Virus record (IMG/VR): IMGVR_UViG_3300025695_000008
Source: an uncultured virus (IMG/VR IMGVR_UViG_3300025695_000008)
Lineage: Duplodnaviria > Heunggongvirae > Uroviricota > Caudoviricetes
DNA: 64,000 nt
Reading direction: 5' to 3' (one strand)
Under the pieces are notes generated by a model. That model saw only the letters and a list, made by a program, of their open reading frames with translations. It was not told the DNA's origin and ran no database searches. The stretch's first letter is position 1; the number at the start of each line of letters is the position of its first letter. This document shows, piece by piece, positions 28,780 through 38,709 of the stretch. Made by a program: the position numbers and the translations under genes.

Positions 28780-29361
28780 TTATTTCTTTATATGTATTGT
28801 GAAGTCTTCATTCCCTAGATAACCATATAATAAATCAACTTTACCTATTTTAGATAGTAGGTTATGGATCTGATCCTTATCATATGTATTTAAAGGGTGT
28901 AAACCACTTTCTTTTGTTAAAAAGTTAAACGCGACACCTTTGTTGGCTTTGTCGTAAGATAGTTTAACGACATTGTATATCTGTTCTAAGGTGGTGTTTA
29001 CAGTGAACACGCCTGAACCAATTATATAGTCCACATCATTTACACTATTTATATCCCCCGAAACTCCAACCATAAAATTTTTATCTGGGTATAAGGATTT
29101 GGCCTTATCTATATAGTTTGGATTTATATCAATACCTAAGTAGTCTATGTCTTCTAACCCAACTTCTTTTATATAGTCGTTTAAGTGACCTAATCCACAA
29201 CCATAATCCAATACCTTATCATTATTCCGTATTCCAATACGGAATAACGCCTCAAACCTACCATACTGGTTATCCCTATCTGTCCACCCAACAGAGCTGG
29301 GGTTTGTCACATCAAAATGGTTTAGATAAGTGTTGTAAAACTCTATTAATTTATTGCTCAT
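28780..29361 (-). CDS. class I SAM-dependent methyltransferase
   Basis: VLDYGCGLG, YLGIDINP, DYIIGSGVF, GVAFNFL. Confidence 0.9.
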   Translation of the reverse strand: MSNKLIEFYNTYLNHFDVTNPSSVGWTDRDNQYGRFEALFRIGIRNNDKVLDYGCGLGHLNDYIKEVGLEDIDYLGIDINPNYIDKAKSLYPDKNFMVGVSGDINSVNDVDYIIGSGVFTVNTTLEQIYNVVKLSYDKANKGVAFNFLTKESGLHPLNTYDKDQIHNLLSKIGKVDLLYGYLGNEDFTIHIKK

Positions 29362-29707
29362 TCGGTAATTTTGATTCTATTAATAATTCAAGTAGGTATA
29401 TATGGTATATAACACTGGATATAAATGCGGCATCAAATATAGTAAATATAAAGTACCTTATTGTGTCTGGGGTGTAATTATTAACGTATTCAATGTATAG
29501 TATCTTTGATGGAGAAAAACCTAGACCTATACTAAATAATAACCCTACCCAAAAACCAGTACACATCATACAGTTAATTAATTTACCTAAGTAATTAAGT
29601 TTTTTCGTTAATGTCTCTCTGATTGGTTTAAATATCTTACTCTGGACTATTATGGTTGACACACCATAACAACCTATTATAAAATATAATACATCAAACA
29701 ATATCAT
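29351..29707 (-). CDS. DUF1360-like membrane protein
   Basis: IFKPIRE...LINCMMCTGFWVG CxxC pattern, three TM helices. Confidence 0.75.
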   Translation of the reverse strand: MILFDVLYFIIGCYGVSTIIVQSKIFKPIRETLTKKLNYLGKLINCMMCTGFWVGLLFSIGLGFSPSKILYIEYVNNYTPDTIRYFIFTIFDAAFISSVIYHIYLLELLIESKLPNEQ

Positions 29708-29708
29708 T

Positions 29709-30230
29709 TTAACTATTTTCTATTTCTAATTCGTTACCCTCATCGACTTCTTCAGTTTCTAACACCTCATCGTTTTCTGCCTCAATAACTGATTCATTTT
29801 CTAGTTGAGGGTCCTCTTCTTCTGACTCTAGTTTAGTTTGGGGGTTAGGTTTGGGTAGTACAGATAAAGGGGTCTCAAAAGATAGAGAAGTCAATTCTTC
29901 ATAATCTAACTTACCAAAAATATCTTTAAGTTCAGATATCTTCTGTGTGAAAAGTTCTTGTTTCTTTTCTAGATTCACGTTATACTCTATAATCTCAACA
30001 AACATATCGTAAAGCTCTTCTAGGGAGGATTTTTGAGAATACATTACGTAATAATTAAATCCTGTTTCTTCAGAAACTTTTTGTTTCTTGACTTCAACTC
30101 CTTCTTTTATGTGTTCGTCTAATATATTCCATTTAGGGTTCAACCAATAGTCGATAATATTAACACCCTTATTTACCCTTAAACCAATTAAGTTTTCGGG
30201 GTAGTTCTTAAACATTTGATCTATTTTCAT
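29709..30230 (-). CDS. hypothetical protein
   Basis: 173 aa, acidic tail. Confidence 0.75.
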   Translation of the reverse strand: MKIDQMFKNYPENLIGLRVNKGVNIIDYWLNPKWNILDEHIKEGVEVKKQKVSEETGFNYYVMYSQKSSLEELYDMFVEIIEYNVNLEKKQELFTQKISELKDIFGKLDYEELTSLSFETPLSVLPKPNPQTKLESEEEDPQLENESVIEAENDEVLETEEVDEGNELEIENS

Positions 30231-30436
30231 AATTTAATTCCGTTTATGATACTTGTAATTACGTATGATACCGACATACCTAAATAAACTAATTCACGTA
30301 TTGTTAATTTAAATTTTACTGGTTCTGAACTTAAAATGTTTCTTATGAACGAAAATGAGTGTCTGATTATGACTAAAATAGATAACACTAGTGATAATAA
30401 TAACACTTTATTTAATAACGATATAATTACTTCCAT
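30227..30436 (-). CDS. small two-TM membrane protein
   Basis: 69 aa hydrophobic. Confidence 0.65.
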   Translation of the reverse strand: MEVIISLLNKVLLLSLVLSILVIIRHSFSFIRNILSSEPVKFKLTIRELVYLGMSVSYVITSIINGIKL

Positions 30437-30475
30437 ACCTTTTTTTTATAAAAGTACTAATAATATTTCGTATTA

Positions 30476-30949
30476 TCAATGATTCTTCAGAAAATACTTG
30501 TCCATAGTTTTAAATATCTCACAAAATAAATCGTAATCTGATTTAGTTTTAGGGATATCCATTGTCATAGTATCCTCCCAAGAGGTTATTAGTTTTGCGT
30601 TTAGCGTATTAGTTTTCTTAGGGTTATCATAAAATATATCAGTAAAGTAATTTAAGAAATAATAATAGTGTTCCCCTTTAGATTGTAGGTATATATTTTC
30701 TTTAGCGAAATTATTTATATTATTACTCCAACACCAGTTAAAGTGTGATAATAGCGCGTTTTGGTTATCTATGGTGTCGTCACCTAAATAGGTATCAATT
30801 ATTAAATACGTTAAAGATATACTAAACTCCTTAAATAGGTCAACTCGCTCAGAACTTATATTGTTAATTGTGTTAAGATAAGTTATCTGTTCTTGAGTTA
30901 GCTCTTTCGAGAAGTAATCCATGAATTTATTTAATTTGTTTTTATCCAT
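30476..30949 (-). CDS. hypothetical protein
   Basis: 157 aa, TYLGDD...HFNWCW. Confidence 0.75.
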   Translation of the reverse strand: MDKNKLNKFMDYFSKELTQEQITYLNTINNISSERVDLFKEFSISLTYLIIDTYLGDDTIDNQNALLSHFNWCWSNNINNFAKENIYLQSKGEHYYYFLNYFTDIFYDNPKKTNTLNAKLITSWEDTMTMDIPKTKSDYDLFCEIFKTMDKYFLKNH

Positions 30950-30965
30950 ATTAGGGGTTATATAT

Positions 30966-31005
30966 AATAAATAAGGGCCTCTTATGCAAGAGGCCCTTAT
31001 TTATT
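30966..31005. terminator. perfect 18-bp hairpin, probable terminator
   Basis: AATAAATAAGGGCCTCTT-ATGC-AAGAGGCCCTTATTTATT. Confidence 0.8.
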
Positions 31006-31023
31006 TAGATATGTTAAAATAAA

Positions 31024-33498
31024 TCATAAAATACCTTTTTTACTAACGCTCTTTAAGAACATTTCGTTCTCATTAACTAAATTAGTTTTTCTTTCCACGT
31101 TTATAACTTCTTGTTCGTAAGAGAACATTTTTTTAATCTTATCTAACTCTTCGTTAACCTTACCATTCTTAGTAGTTTCTTCTTCTTCCTCTTCGGTTGA
31201 TATAGGTCTTGAAGTATAATCTTTATCTGCATTACCCTGGTTTTCTTTGGCTGCATCAAATATCTTCTCACCAGCTTTGCTTTCATTATCTATGTTAGCT
31301 TCAGCCCCAAGGGTTTCTTCGTCACGCTTAACTGAATGTCCAGTCTTAACTTCCATCTCAACTCTCTCCTTATACTCATCAGAAGGTTCGTTAGTGTAAT
31401 CTAGGTTTAAAGCATTTTTATAACCTAAAGATGATTCTTTAGCCTCTACGTCTGATTCTGTCTCCATTTCTGGTGAGAATTTTTGGTTTTTTAAGTTATC
31501 TACTTTTTCTTCAGTTGATTCTTGTGATTCTTCAGCGTCTTTAATACCCTCTTCACCTTCTTTCTTGGCATTCGTTTCGTTTTCAGCGTCAACAAATTTA
31601 CCTTTTATTGGTTCAAACTTAGACAGCTCTGCTTCTTCTAGGAAGTCTTCATCGCTATCCATGTCTAATGTAGACATCTTTTCGATATTCTTTAAGTCAC
31701 TCATCGTTGGTTCTTTCTCATCAGAGAAATCGTCTTCAGTTTCGCTTTTTCCATCACTTTTACCTTCTTTTCTATCCGTATAGTCTTGGATAAAGTTTCG
31801 TTTCTTATCAACTTTAGGTTCCAATTCACTTACGGTGTCTAACGCGTTTAATAAAGCGTCTTCGTTATTCAACCCGCTTTTGTCTAGAAACCCTCTTTTA
31901 GCTGGTGATGTTAATAACAATAATATACTTTGGTTACCACCTTTAGAGAATAACCTATCGTAGTATTCTATATGGTTCTCTTCACCACTTTTCTGTATGA
32001 AATCTATAAACTCATCCGCATCAGCATTAGCGCTAGACGCAAATGATCTAAAATAAGCATTAAACATTTCTTTTATTGTATCTGGTGCTAGAATCTTAGC
32101 GACATTACCTAATGCGACTTCAATACTATTCATAAATTGGTTAAATTGCCTCAATTCGGTTTCGTATTGTTGCGAATCTGATTTAGTTTTAACAGCTTCG
32201 TCTGACAATTCTTCAATAGTTTCAGGTAATTCTTGAGCCATTGATTTTTCCTTTTCGTCACTACTATGACCAAAAGTTTTGTGAACTAGATTATCTAAGT
32301 CTTTGTGAAATTCGTCTTCTTTATTAACTTCTTTTTCTGGCGCTTCCATTTCATTCATTATGAAATCGAATACTTGGTCCATACTTTCTTTAGATGTAGC
32401 AATGTGATCTTGTGCCCAATCATGACCATTATCTAAAAGCTCTTGTACTTTAGTTTCGTCAAGTGCTAATAATATATCAGACTGTCTTCTCATCTGTTCT
32501 AAATTAGAAAAAAACATATACCTTTCATCATCCTCATTAATGGCTGCTCTAGCATTATCTTCTATAGGACCTTCAGATGTAGTTTTTGAGGCATTACAAT
32601 ACTCAGTTATGTATCCTTTCATTTCGTTGGTACAATCACTTTCGTCAGTACTCATAGTACAAGATTTGATCATTTCCAAACATATATCCGAATCTTCCAT
32701 CATACTTCTACATTGCCCTTCATAGGTCTCACCTTCTTCAATTGTTTCTGGTAAAAACCCTTCTTTAACCAAAGTTTCGTACATGCATTCAGCAAGATCT
32801 TTATTTTCCATTATGCTGTCCATGCATTTAGATGCTAACTCAGCGGTTAATTTAATATTTTCCATTTTATCGGTATTTTCTAGTATATTATATTTTAGTT
32901 CTATTGACTCGTCTAATTTTTCTGGTATAGAGTCTTCGTCTAATCCCATCTCTTCGGCCTGTGTTATGTATTTACCTCTGATTAATTTGGCTACGTGTTC
33001 TGGTGAACTCTTGCTTTCTTTAGCAACGTGAGAACAATAATCATAACAATTATCACACATATCTTCTTTTGTCTCACCAATCAATTTAATTGGTTTATCT
33101 AAAGCGCCTTGTGAACAGTAAGGGAAAGCCAAACATTTAGGTTCTATACTTACGATTTTACCTCCGTTGTACGCAGTACCTTGTTTTAGATCAGCCCCGA
33201 ACCATTCCATTAAATCACCTTCGGTAACCATTTCACCTTCGTTGCTATATATATGTTCTTCAACATACCCTTGTGGTGGTTCAACTACAGTACCAACACC
33301 ATCAGCATTTTTAACATTCTTGTCAGCCCAGGTGTAGAATAATCTGCTATTCAATTTCTTTTTATTTATCACACTTAATGGTCCTATAAAACCACCGTAT
33401 GTTGGGCTACCTGGTACTCCAAGTGTGGACCCTAAAGATACTGATTCATTAAGTTCTATCGTCTCTTTAATTTTATTTAATAAATCCTGTTTTTTCAT
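31024..33498 (-). CDS. large acidic putative head/scaffold protein
   Basis: many L/I-x-E motifs, Cys-rich segments, C-terminal NEELDKIKKMFSY. Confidence 0.7.
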   Translation of the reverse strand: MKKQDLLNKIKETIELNESVSLGSTLGVPGSPTYGGFIGPLSVINKKKLNSRLFYTWADKNVKNADGVGTVVEPPQGYVEEHIYSNEGEMVTEGDLMEWFGADLKQGTAYNGGKIVSIEPKCLAFPYCSQGALDKPIKLIGETKEDMCDNCYDYCSHVAKESKSSPEHVAKLIRGKYITQAEEMGLDEDSIPEKLDESIELKYNILENTDKMENIKLTAELASKCMDSIMENKDLAECMYETLVKEGFLPETIEEGETYEGQCRSMMEDSDICLEMIKSCTMSTDESDCTNEMKGYITEYCNASKTTSEGPIEDNARAAINEDDERYMFFSNLEQMRRQSDILLALDETKVQELLDNGHDWAQDHIATSKESMDQVFDFIMNEMEAPEKEVNKEDEFHKDLDNLVHKTFGHSSDEKEKSMAQELPETIEELSDEAVKTKSDSQQYETELRQFNQFMNSIEVALGNVAKILAPDTIKEMFNAYFRSFASSANADADEFIDFIQKSGEENHIEYYDRLFSKGGNQSILLLLTSPAKRGFLDKSGLNNEDALLNALDTVSELEPKVDKKRNFIQDYTDRKEGKSDGKSETEDDFSDEKEPTMSDLKNIEKMSTLDMDSDEDFLEEAELSKFEPIKGKFVDAENETNAKKEGEEGIKDAEESQESTEEKVDNLKNQKFSPEMETESDVEAKESSLGYKNALNLDYTNEPSDEYKERVEMEVKTGHSVKRDEETLGAEANIDNESKAGEKIFDAAKENQGNADKDYTSRPISTEEEEEETTKNGKVNEELDKIKKMFSYEQEVINVERKTNLVNENEMFLKSVSKKGIL

Positions 33499-33848
33499 TA
33501 GTTAGCTGCGTTTTTTAGATCGTTAGCCCAGAAAGCTCTTCTAGTCCATAATTGTTTGTATAGTTGAACTAGTACGTTTCTACTTATTTCAACAACCTTA
33601 TTTTCTAAATCTTTATCACTTTTCACAGTGTCTTTGAACGTATCCTTAACAATATTCTTAACTCTAGTCTCAAACTGGGAACTACGGTTTATTTCTAAGA
33701 AATCTTTAATCTCTTTTTTAACCATAGATTTTATACCATCTTTATCGGTTTTAGTTAACTCTTCGTTAATCAATGAGTTGGTATCAATCTCAATTAAACA
33801 CTCTTTAAGGTGTTGTTCTAGTTCAGAATCTGTTATTTTTACTTTCAT
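33498..33848 (-). CDS. putative head-associated protein
   Basis: MKVKITDSEL, LINEELTK; TATTTATA at 33865-33872. Confidence 0.7.
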   Translation of the reverse strand: MKVKITDSELEQHLKECLIEIDTNSLINEELTKTDKDGIKSMVKKEIKDFLEINRSSQFETRVKNIVKDTFKDTVKSDKDLENKVVEISRNVLVQLYKQLWTRRAFWANDLKNAAN

Positions 33849-33902
33849 TATCTAAGTTTATTAATATAAATAGTTAGTTTTTTATAAATGTTAAATATTA
33901 AC

Positions 33903-34481
33903 TTAATTACTTAATTGTGTTAGTTTAATTAAATTATTCCTCCCTATCTGGGGATCATCGTATGTTCTACTAACTAGTTTTAATAAGTTTAACAAATCAC
34001 CACTTAAAGTAAATGATCCTGATACAGTATTAATCATTACATCTTCCTCGTCAGTATCGATAGTAATCTCTTTAACGACATCTAAGGACGGGTTTTTAAT
34101 AACGTCAGATGTTATAATAACTCTACTATTCTCAACCCTTATATTTACGTATGGTAACAATAAACCAGTAGATTTTATTAACTCAGATACTGAATCTTTA
34201 AACGCGTCCATATCAATATTAACGTCATCAGATTTACTCAAATAACCCACTGTGTTTATACCATCAAAAGTAATTTTTTCACCAGATTTGTTATCAATTT
34301 CTTCTGGTTCGGTTTTAATAACCTCATCTTCACCTAAATTATTATATAGGTGGTTACTATCCTTTGGATCTATGTTAGTCACACCTGGTATAAAAGATTC
34401 GTTTAGGTGAGCGTCTTTAACTTTTTTTATTAATGATTTTATGTCATCATAATTCTTGTCGTGATTAAATCCTCTACTCAT
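33903..34481 (-). CDS. hypothetical (putative head) protein
   Basis: 192 aa, HLNES motif. Confidence 0.7.
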   Translation of the reverse strand: MSRGFNHDKNYDDIKSLIKKVKDAHLNESFIPGVTNIDPKDSNHLYNNLGEDEVIKTEPEEIDNKSGEKITFDGINTVGYLSKSDDVNIDMDAFKDSVSELIKSTGLLLPYVNIRVENSRVIITSDVIKNPSLDVVKEITIDTDEEDVMINTVSGSFTLSGDLLNLLKLVSRTYDDPQIGRNNLIKLTQLSN

Positions 34482-35085
34482 AACTTTTGTTTATTAATTT
34501 AGTTAACTTTTTAAAATCAAATGCTGGTGATAAGTCGTAATAATTTTTACTATAATTACTTCTATTAAGTATCCCTTTGTGTTGATCTGGTTTATCTATT
34601 ATTATATTAGTCCCTACAAAGTCTTTTTCAATCCCATGCTTTAAAGATAAATAGTCTATTAATTCTACAAGTTTAGTATATTGTATTTCGGTGTAGTTGG
34701 CCCAAACCTTCTTACCCCTCCAAGGTATGTTTATTACGCTTTTTGTGTAGTAGGAACCTTTCCAATCAACTAGTTTACCAGTAATAACATCTTTATGTAA
34801 CCACCCAACGTTTTCTAAAGCTACCGTTATACCATTTTTCTCTATACCATACTCCGATAACATATCATTATAACTATTAACATCGTAATGTTGGTATACA
34901 TCACCATCTCTAGAAATAGAAAAACACGGTACCTTGGTGTATTTACCATTGTACCGTGTTTTTATTTTAACCAAATACTCCTCAAAAGTACAAGTCGTAT
35001 TTGTTAGAATTATTTGTTTTTTCTTAGCTTTTGTTTTTGTGGTATGTTCTTTATCTTTAAAATAAAACTCTTTATTTATTTCCAT
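34474..35085 (-). CDS. N-acetylmuramoyl-L-alanine amidase-like protein, probably inactive
   Basis: Amidase_2-like scaffold (ISRDGDVYQ, LENVGWL, YTEIQY, DLSPAFDF) but Zn-ligand histidines appear replaced. Confidence 0.65.
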   Translation of the reverse strand: MEINKEFYFKDKEHTTKTKAKKKQIILTNTTCTFEEYLVKIKTRYNGKYTKVPCFSISRDGDVYQHYDVNSYNDMLSEYGIEKNGITVALENVGWLHKDVITGKLVDWKGSYYTKSVINIPWRGKKVWANYTEIQYTKLVELIDYLSLKHGIEKDFVGTNIIIDKPDQHKGILNRSNYSKNYYDLSPAFDFKKLTKLINKSYE

Positions 35086-35977
35086 CTTTTTTAAAAACCA
35101 TTATACTATCATCGTATTTATTATCCTCTATAGTATCCTCTATAGTATCCTCTATAGTATCTTCAGAAACTACGTTTACCGTATCTTGGTTTTCGAAGTC
35201 TTGTATATCCATGTCTTCTACCATATCATTCATCACCATATCCAACGCATGGTCTTCGTCCCATTCTTCTTTTAGGTCAATTTCTTCTGGTTGCGAATTT
35301 TCTCTATAAGCTGCAATATTTTCATAATACTCTGATAATGATTCTTCATCTTCTAACTCATGATTTTTATCATAATCCCACCCAATAAACGGGTCTTCAT
35401 CCACATCTTCGTCCAAGTTATCACCATATGTGGTCCATCTATCAATCTGATCGTTATAGTCATCTAAATCATCTTCAATATCCTCAACCACTTTTTCTGA
35501 AGATACATTTTCTTCATTTAAAACCTTTTCAGGTGCTGGATCTTCGGATGGTCTAATATAATCAACTAGTGATTTTATAAAACCTAAAGCTACTAGAGGT
35601 AATATCGCTCCACTAACAATTGACATGACTCTTTTTTGAAAAATTGGTTCGAAATCAACCAAACCAAATAATTCTGACCAGGTTTTAAAGTCTTCCAGGT
35701 TATTGTACGCATAATAAGTGTTACCCATAGCTTGCATTGCGGTCAATATGAAGAATAGTGCCCAAACTATACTTTTGTTCATTTTTTTTAGGGCTATTAT
35801 TGAAGCTAATGATGCCGCAGCACCAACTTCAAAAGCTATAGCTAATGTAACTGCTAACCATTTTGGGTTTGATAACTCAAAGAAGTCTATTACGTGTATC
35901 GTTGATATAATAGATACCATAACGTATAAAGTTACGAAAGTACCTATAATGAAATTCTTGCTTAGTTTCTCTCCCAT
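35072..35977 (-). CDS. multi-pass membrane protein with acidic tail
   Basis: four TM helices in the N-terminal half; (EDTI)x3 12-bp repeat. Confidence 0.75.
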   Translation of the reverse strand: MGEKLSKNFIIGTFVTLYVMVSIISTIHVIDFFELSNPKWLAVTLAIAFEVGAAASLASIIALKKMNKSIVWALFFILTAMQAMGNTYYAYNNLEDFKTWSELFGLVDFEPIFQKRVMSIVSGAILPLVALGFIKSLVDYIRPSEDPAPEKVLNEENVSSEKVVEDIEDDLDDYNDQIDRWTTYGDNLDEDVDEDPFIGWDYDKNHELEDEESLSEYYENIAAYRENSQPEEIDLKEEWDEDHALDMVMNDMVEDMDIQDFENQDTVNVVSEDTIEDTIEDTIEDNKYDDSIMVFKKDGNK

Positions 35978-37503
35978 TACTTTATCATGTTTTTAAATAT
36001 AAGTTTAGATTCATTTATCTCCTCAAGTATTTCGTCTATAGATTCTACACTTTTTTTAATAGGGGCTTTAAGTAATTTAGCTACGTCACTCATTGACACC
36101 ATATCCCCGTGTATCTCTTGTTCACCTTCGACCTCATTAACTTTATCTATGTGTTTGTTTATAGATTTTATGATAATGTTAGCTGTAGTCGTTATTACAT
36201 CTAGGTTACCGATTATACTATCTTTAGTACCTTTCCAAAGAGCGATATAATTAACCGCATATTTTAACCCTGGTACATCAAAAGATTTTAAAACAACATA
36301 AGCAACTGATTCTGCCTGTAATTCTAATACCTCGCTAATATCTCTACCAACGTAAGCGTCTAATATATGTTTAGTTTTTTCACCTAACTTATCTTTATCT
36401 TTACCACTTTCTGCTTTTGTTTTAAGGAATTTCTGATGCATTAGCTCGTGAGCAAATTCATGTATAGAAACAGAGGCCTTACCTATGCCCTTAGTGTCAC
36501 TAGAAATTCTTATTTTACCACTAGCCGAATAACCCTTCTCCTTGCCTTTAGCATCCTCTATAGCGAAGTCGATACCGTAATCATCATAAACTTTAACCAT
36601 TGCTTCAAATATTCTGTCAGCAATTTCGTTTTCTGTTTCATCAAACCACTCTAAATCAACACTTTCTGGTTGTTCGTACTCAGATCCGTCCTCTTTTATA
36701 ACATCCTTTGTATCGTAAACTGGGTATAATACAAATGGCATTGAAGCGACTGGTGCTTTAAGTATTTTATTTAATTCTTTTTGTTTATCTGGTGTCATCC
36801 CACCCTTGTTTCTTTTTAGGAATTTTTCAGTTCTTTCTTTTTTAACCGACTCTGTTGGTGGTTTTAGTGTGGGTCTCCAAATTAAAATCTGTTTAGCGTC
36901 TTCTTTTGGTTTTAAACCTAATTTAGACCAACCAGTTTTAGAGTTTACTTTAGTTGCATCTTCGTTCTGTATAAATATTAACAATTGGTTAGTGAAGGAA
37001 TAGTTAGGGAATTTACTTAAGAAATCAAAGTACTCTTTAATCTTAGTGGTTAACCTTATCGTGTCCACTTCTTCTGCCAATTCTGTGATAAAACCTTGTA
37101 TTTTCTTAGTGATATCATCTTTTGTTACATTAGCTTCTGGTGATACTGGTGCGGTTGAAATAAAATCTTTAATATCCTCTAACTTAGCTATGATCTCGTT
37201 AGCCTCATTAGATTGGTTTAACTTTTTATTAGCTTCCGCAACCGCGTTTTTAGCTATATCAATAACTTGTTCGATAGGCTTAAATTTGTCGTTTAACCAC
37301 CATTGCTTGTTCTTACCGTCCCACATAAAACCATGTTTTTTTAATATATCTTTAACGGATATAACTTCAGATGTAGCCTTATTGTTGTCCTCTATATCTG
37401 AGACTATAACAACTCTACTTGACCCAAATTGGTCTTTGGTTACCTTGGATAGCGTAAGAGCTTCGTTAATATTTTCGTTTGTGATGTGTTTGTGTAATAA
37501 CAT
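35977..37503 (-). CDS. ArdC-like ssDNA-binding domain plus HExxH metallopeptidase-like protein
   Basis: YSFTNQLLIFIQ...ATKV..KTGWSKLG..K...ILIWRP ArdC-N pattern; IHEFAHELMH, ELQAESVAY, YIALW. Confidence 0.8.
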   Translation of the reverse strand: MLLHKHITNENINEALTLSKVTKDQFGSSRVVIVSDIEDNNKATSEVISVKDILKKHGFMWDGKNKQWWLNDKFKPIEQVIDIAKNAVAEANKKLNQSNEANEIIAKLEDIKDFISTAPVSPEANVTKDDITKKIQGFITELAEEVDTIRLTTKIKEYFDFLSKFPNYSFTNQLLIFIQNEDATKVNSKTGWSKLGLKPKEDAKQILIWRPTLKPPTESVKKERTEKFLKRNKGGMTPDKQKELNKILKAPVASMPFVLYPVYDTKDVIKEDGSEYEQPESVDLEWFDETENEIADRIFEAMVKVYDDYGIDFAIEDAKGKEKGYSASGKIRISSDTKGIGKASVSIHEFAHELMHQKFLKTKAESGKDKDKLGEKTKHILDAYVGRDISEVLELQAESVAYVVLKSFDVPGLKYAVNYIALWKGTKDSIIGNLDVITTTANIIIKSINKHIDKVNEVEGEQEIHGDMVSMSDVAKLLKAPIKKSVESIDEILEEINESKLIFKNMIK

Positions 37504-37506
37504 AAT

Positions 37507-37872
37507 TTATTTCTTTTTCTCAATAACTTTTATTTTATTATCAATAATTTTTTTCTTATCAATAATATCAAATTGTAATTCCATCATACTTTTATTCCTA
37601 TCGTACTTGGATATACTATTATTAACCCAATCCAAGATCTCAGATTTAGCCTTGTAATCTATCAGGTTTATTTGCTCCTCACTAATGAGTAATGCCTTTA
37701 AGTCAATGATACTATCCCTTTTTTGTTCTAGGTCGTTGGTTAAAATAACTTTATGTTTTTCTAATTTATTGATGGTACCGTTCTTACTACAACCCCTAAT
37801 CATCATTATTAGGAATAATGTGATGAATGCGGCTAAACCGTATTTACTAAAAAAATTTTTTATCTTTTCCAT
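37507..37872 (-). CDS. membrane-anchored coiled-coil protein (spanin-like candidate)
   Basis: N-terminal TM ending in RGC then coiled coil; TATTTATA 4 nt upstream. Confidence 0.6.
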   Translation of the reverse strand: MEKIKNFFSKYGLAAFITLFLIMMIRGCSKNGTINKLEKHKVILTNDLEQKRDSIIDLKALLISEEQINLIDYKAKSEILDWVNNSISKYDRNKSMMELQFDIIDKKKIIDNKIKVIEKKK

Positions 37873-37902
37873 ATCTTATAAATATTTAGTTTTTATTTAA
37901 AA

Positions 37903-38709
37903 TCACATTAATTCGAAAATACTACTCGAATAGAACCTTATTTTCTTTATCGCCTTTTCTTTTATTTGCCTAACACGCTCTTTGGTTAGTTTTAGATCTA
38001 CCGATATATCCTGTAATGTTGATTCATCACAATCTAAACCGAAATATCTTGTTATGACTAACCGCTCCGTCTCATTAAGTTCCATTAGAACCTTTTTTAA
38101 AGCACGATTTAAGTTCGCTTGTTCATTGTCGTACATATCATCAGGTTTTAATGAGGAGACGTCTTCGGTCTTGTCGTATAAACTTAAACCGTCTTCATCA
38201 TACTTATCGTCTAAATTAGATACTGATGGTAGGTTGGCGTATTTTGTACTACTAACAGCCTGTTTCTCTTCAGTTAAGTTAGTAGCCATTTCCATGTTCT
38301 CTTTCCTGACCTCATTAATTACATTTATAGGTAACCTAATAGTCCTAGAATTATCATTAAGAGATTGTATTATAGATTGTTTTATCCACCATACGGCATA
38401 AGATAGGAATCTCACCTCATCTTGCTCGTAATTAAACCTTTCGGCAGCTTTTAGTAAACCTAAGTTACCTTCTGATATTAAATCACTTAAAGATAAACCG
38501 TTGTTTTGGTATTTTTTGGCAACAGTTATTACGAACCTAAGGTTTGAGTATATTAGTTTATCTTTAGCCCCAGACTTGCCTGATCTAATTTCTTTTAGTA
38601 ACAAGTGTTCTTCTAACCTAGTCATAGGCTCGTGTTTCCTTACATCATGTAAATAGTTGATGATTTCATTCTGGTCAATCCAGTGCGACGTATCTATTTT
38701 ATAATTCAT
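37903..38709 (-). CDS. RNA polymerase sigma-70 factor (RpoD/SigA family, Bacteroidota-like, no region 1.1)
   Basis: NLRFVITVAKKYQ, DLISEGNLGL, YAVWWIKQSI, RTIRLP, LTKERVRQIKEKA. Confidence 0.93.
   Translation of the reverse strand: MNYKIDTSHWIDQNEIINYLHDVRKHEPMTRLEEHLLLKEIRSGKSGAKDKLIYSNLRFVITVAKKYQNNGLSLSDLISEGNLGLLKAAERFNYEQDEVRFLSYAVWWIKQSIIQSLNDNSRTIRLPINVINEVRKENMEMATNLTEEKQAVSSTKYANLPSVSNLDDKYDEDGLSLYDKTEDVSSLKPDDMYDNEQANLNRALKKVLMELNETERLVITRYFGLDCDESTLQDISVDLKLTKERVRQIKEKAIKKIRFYSSSIFELM

Noticed and set aside
35121..35165. 12-bp tandem repeat (EDTI x3) and similar short duplications near 13003-13060 and 41820-41862
   Set aside because: Ordinary in-frame slippage in low-complexity tails
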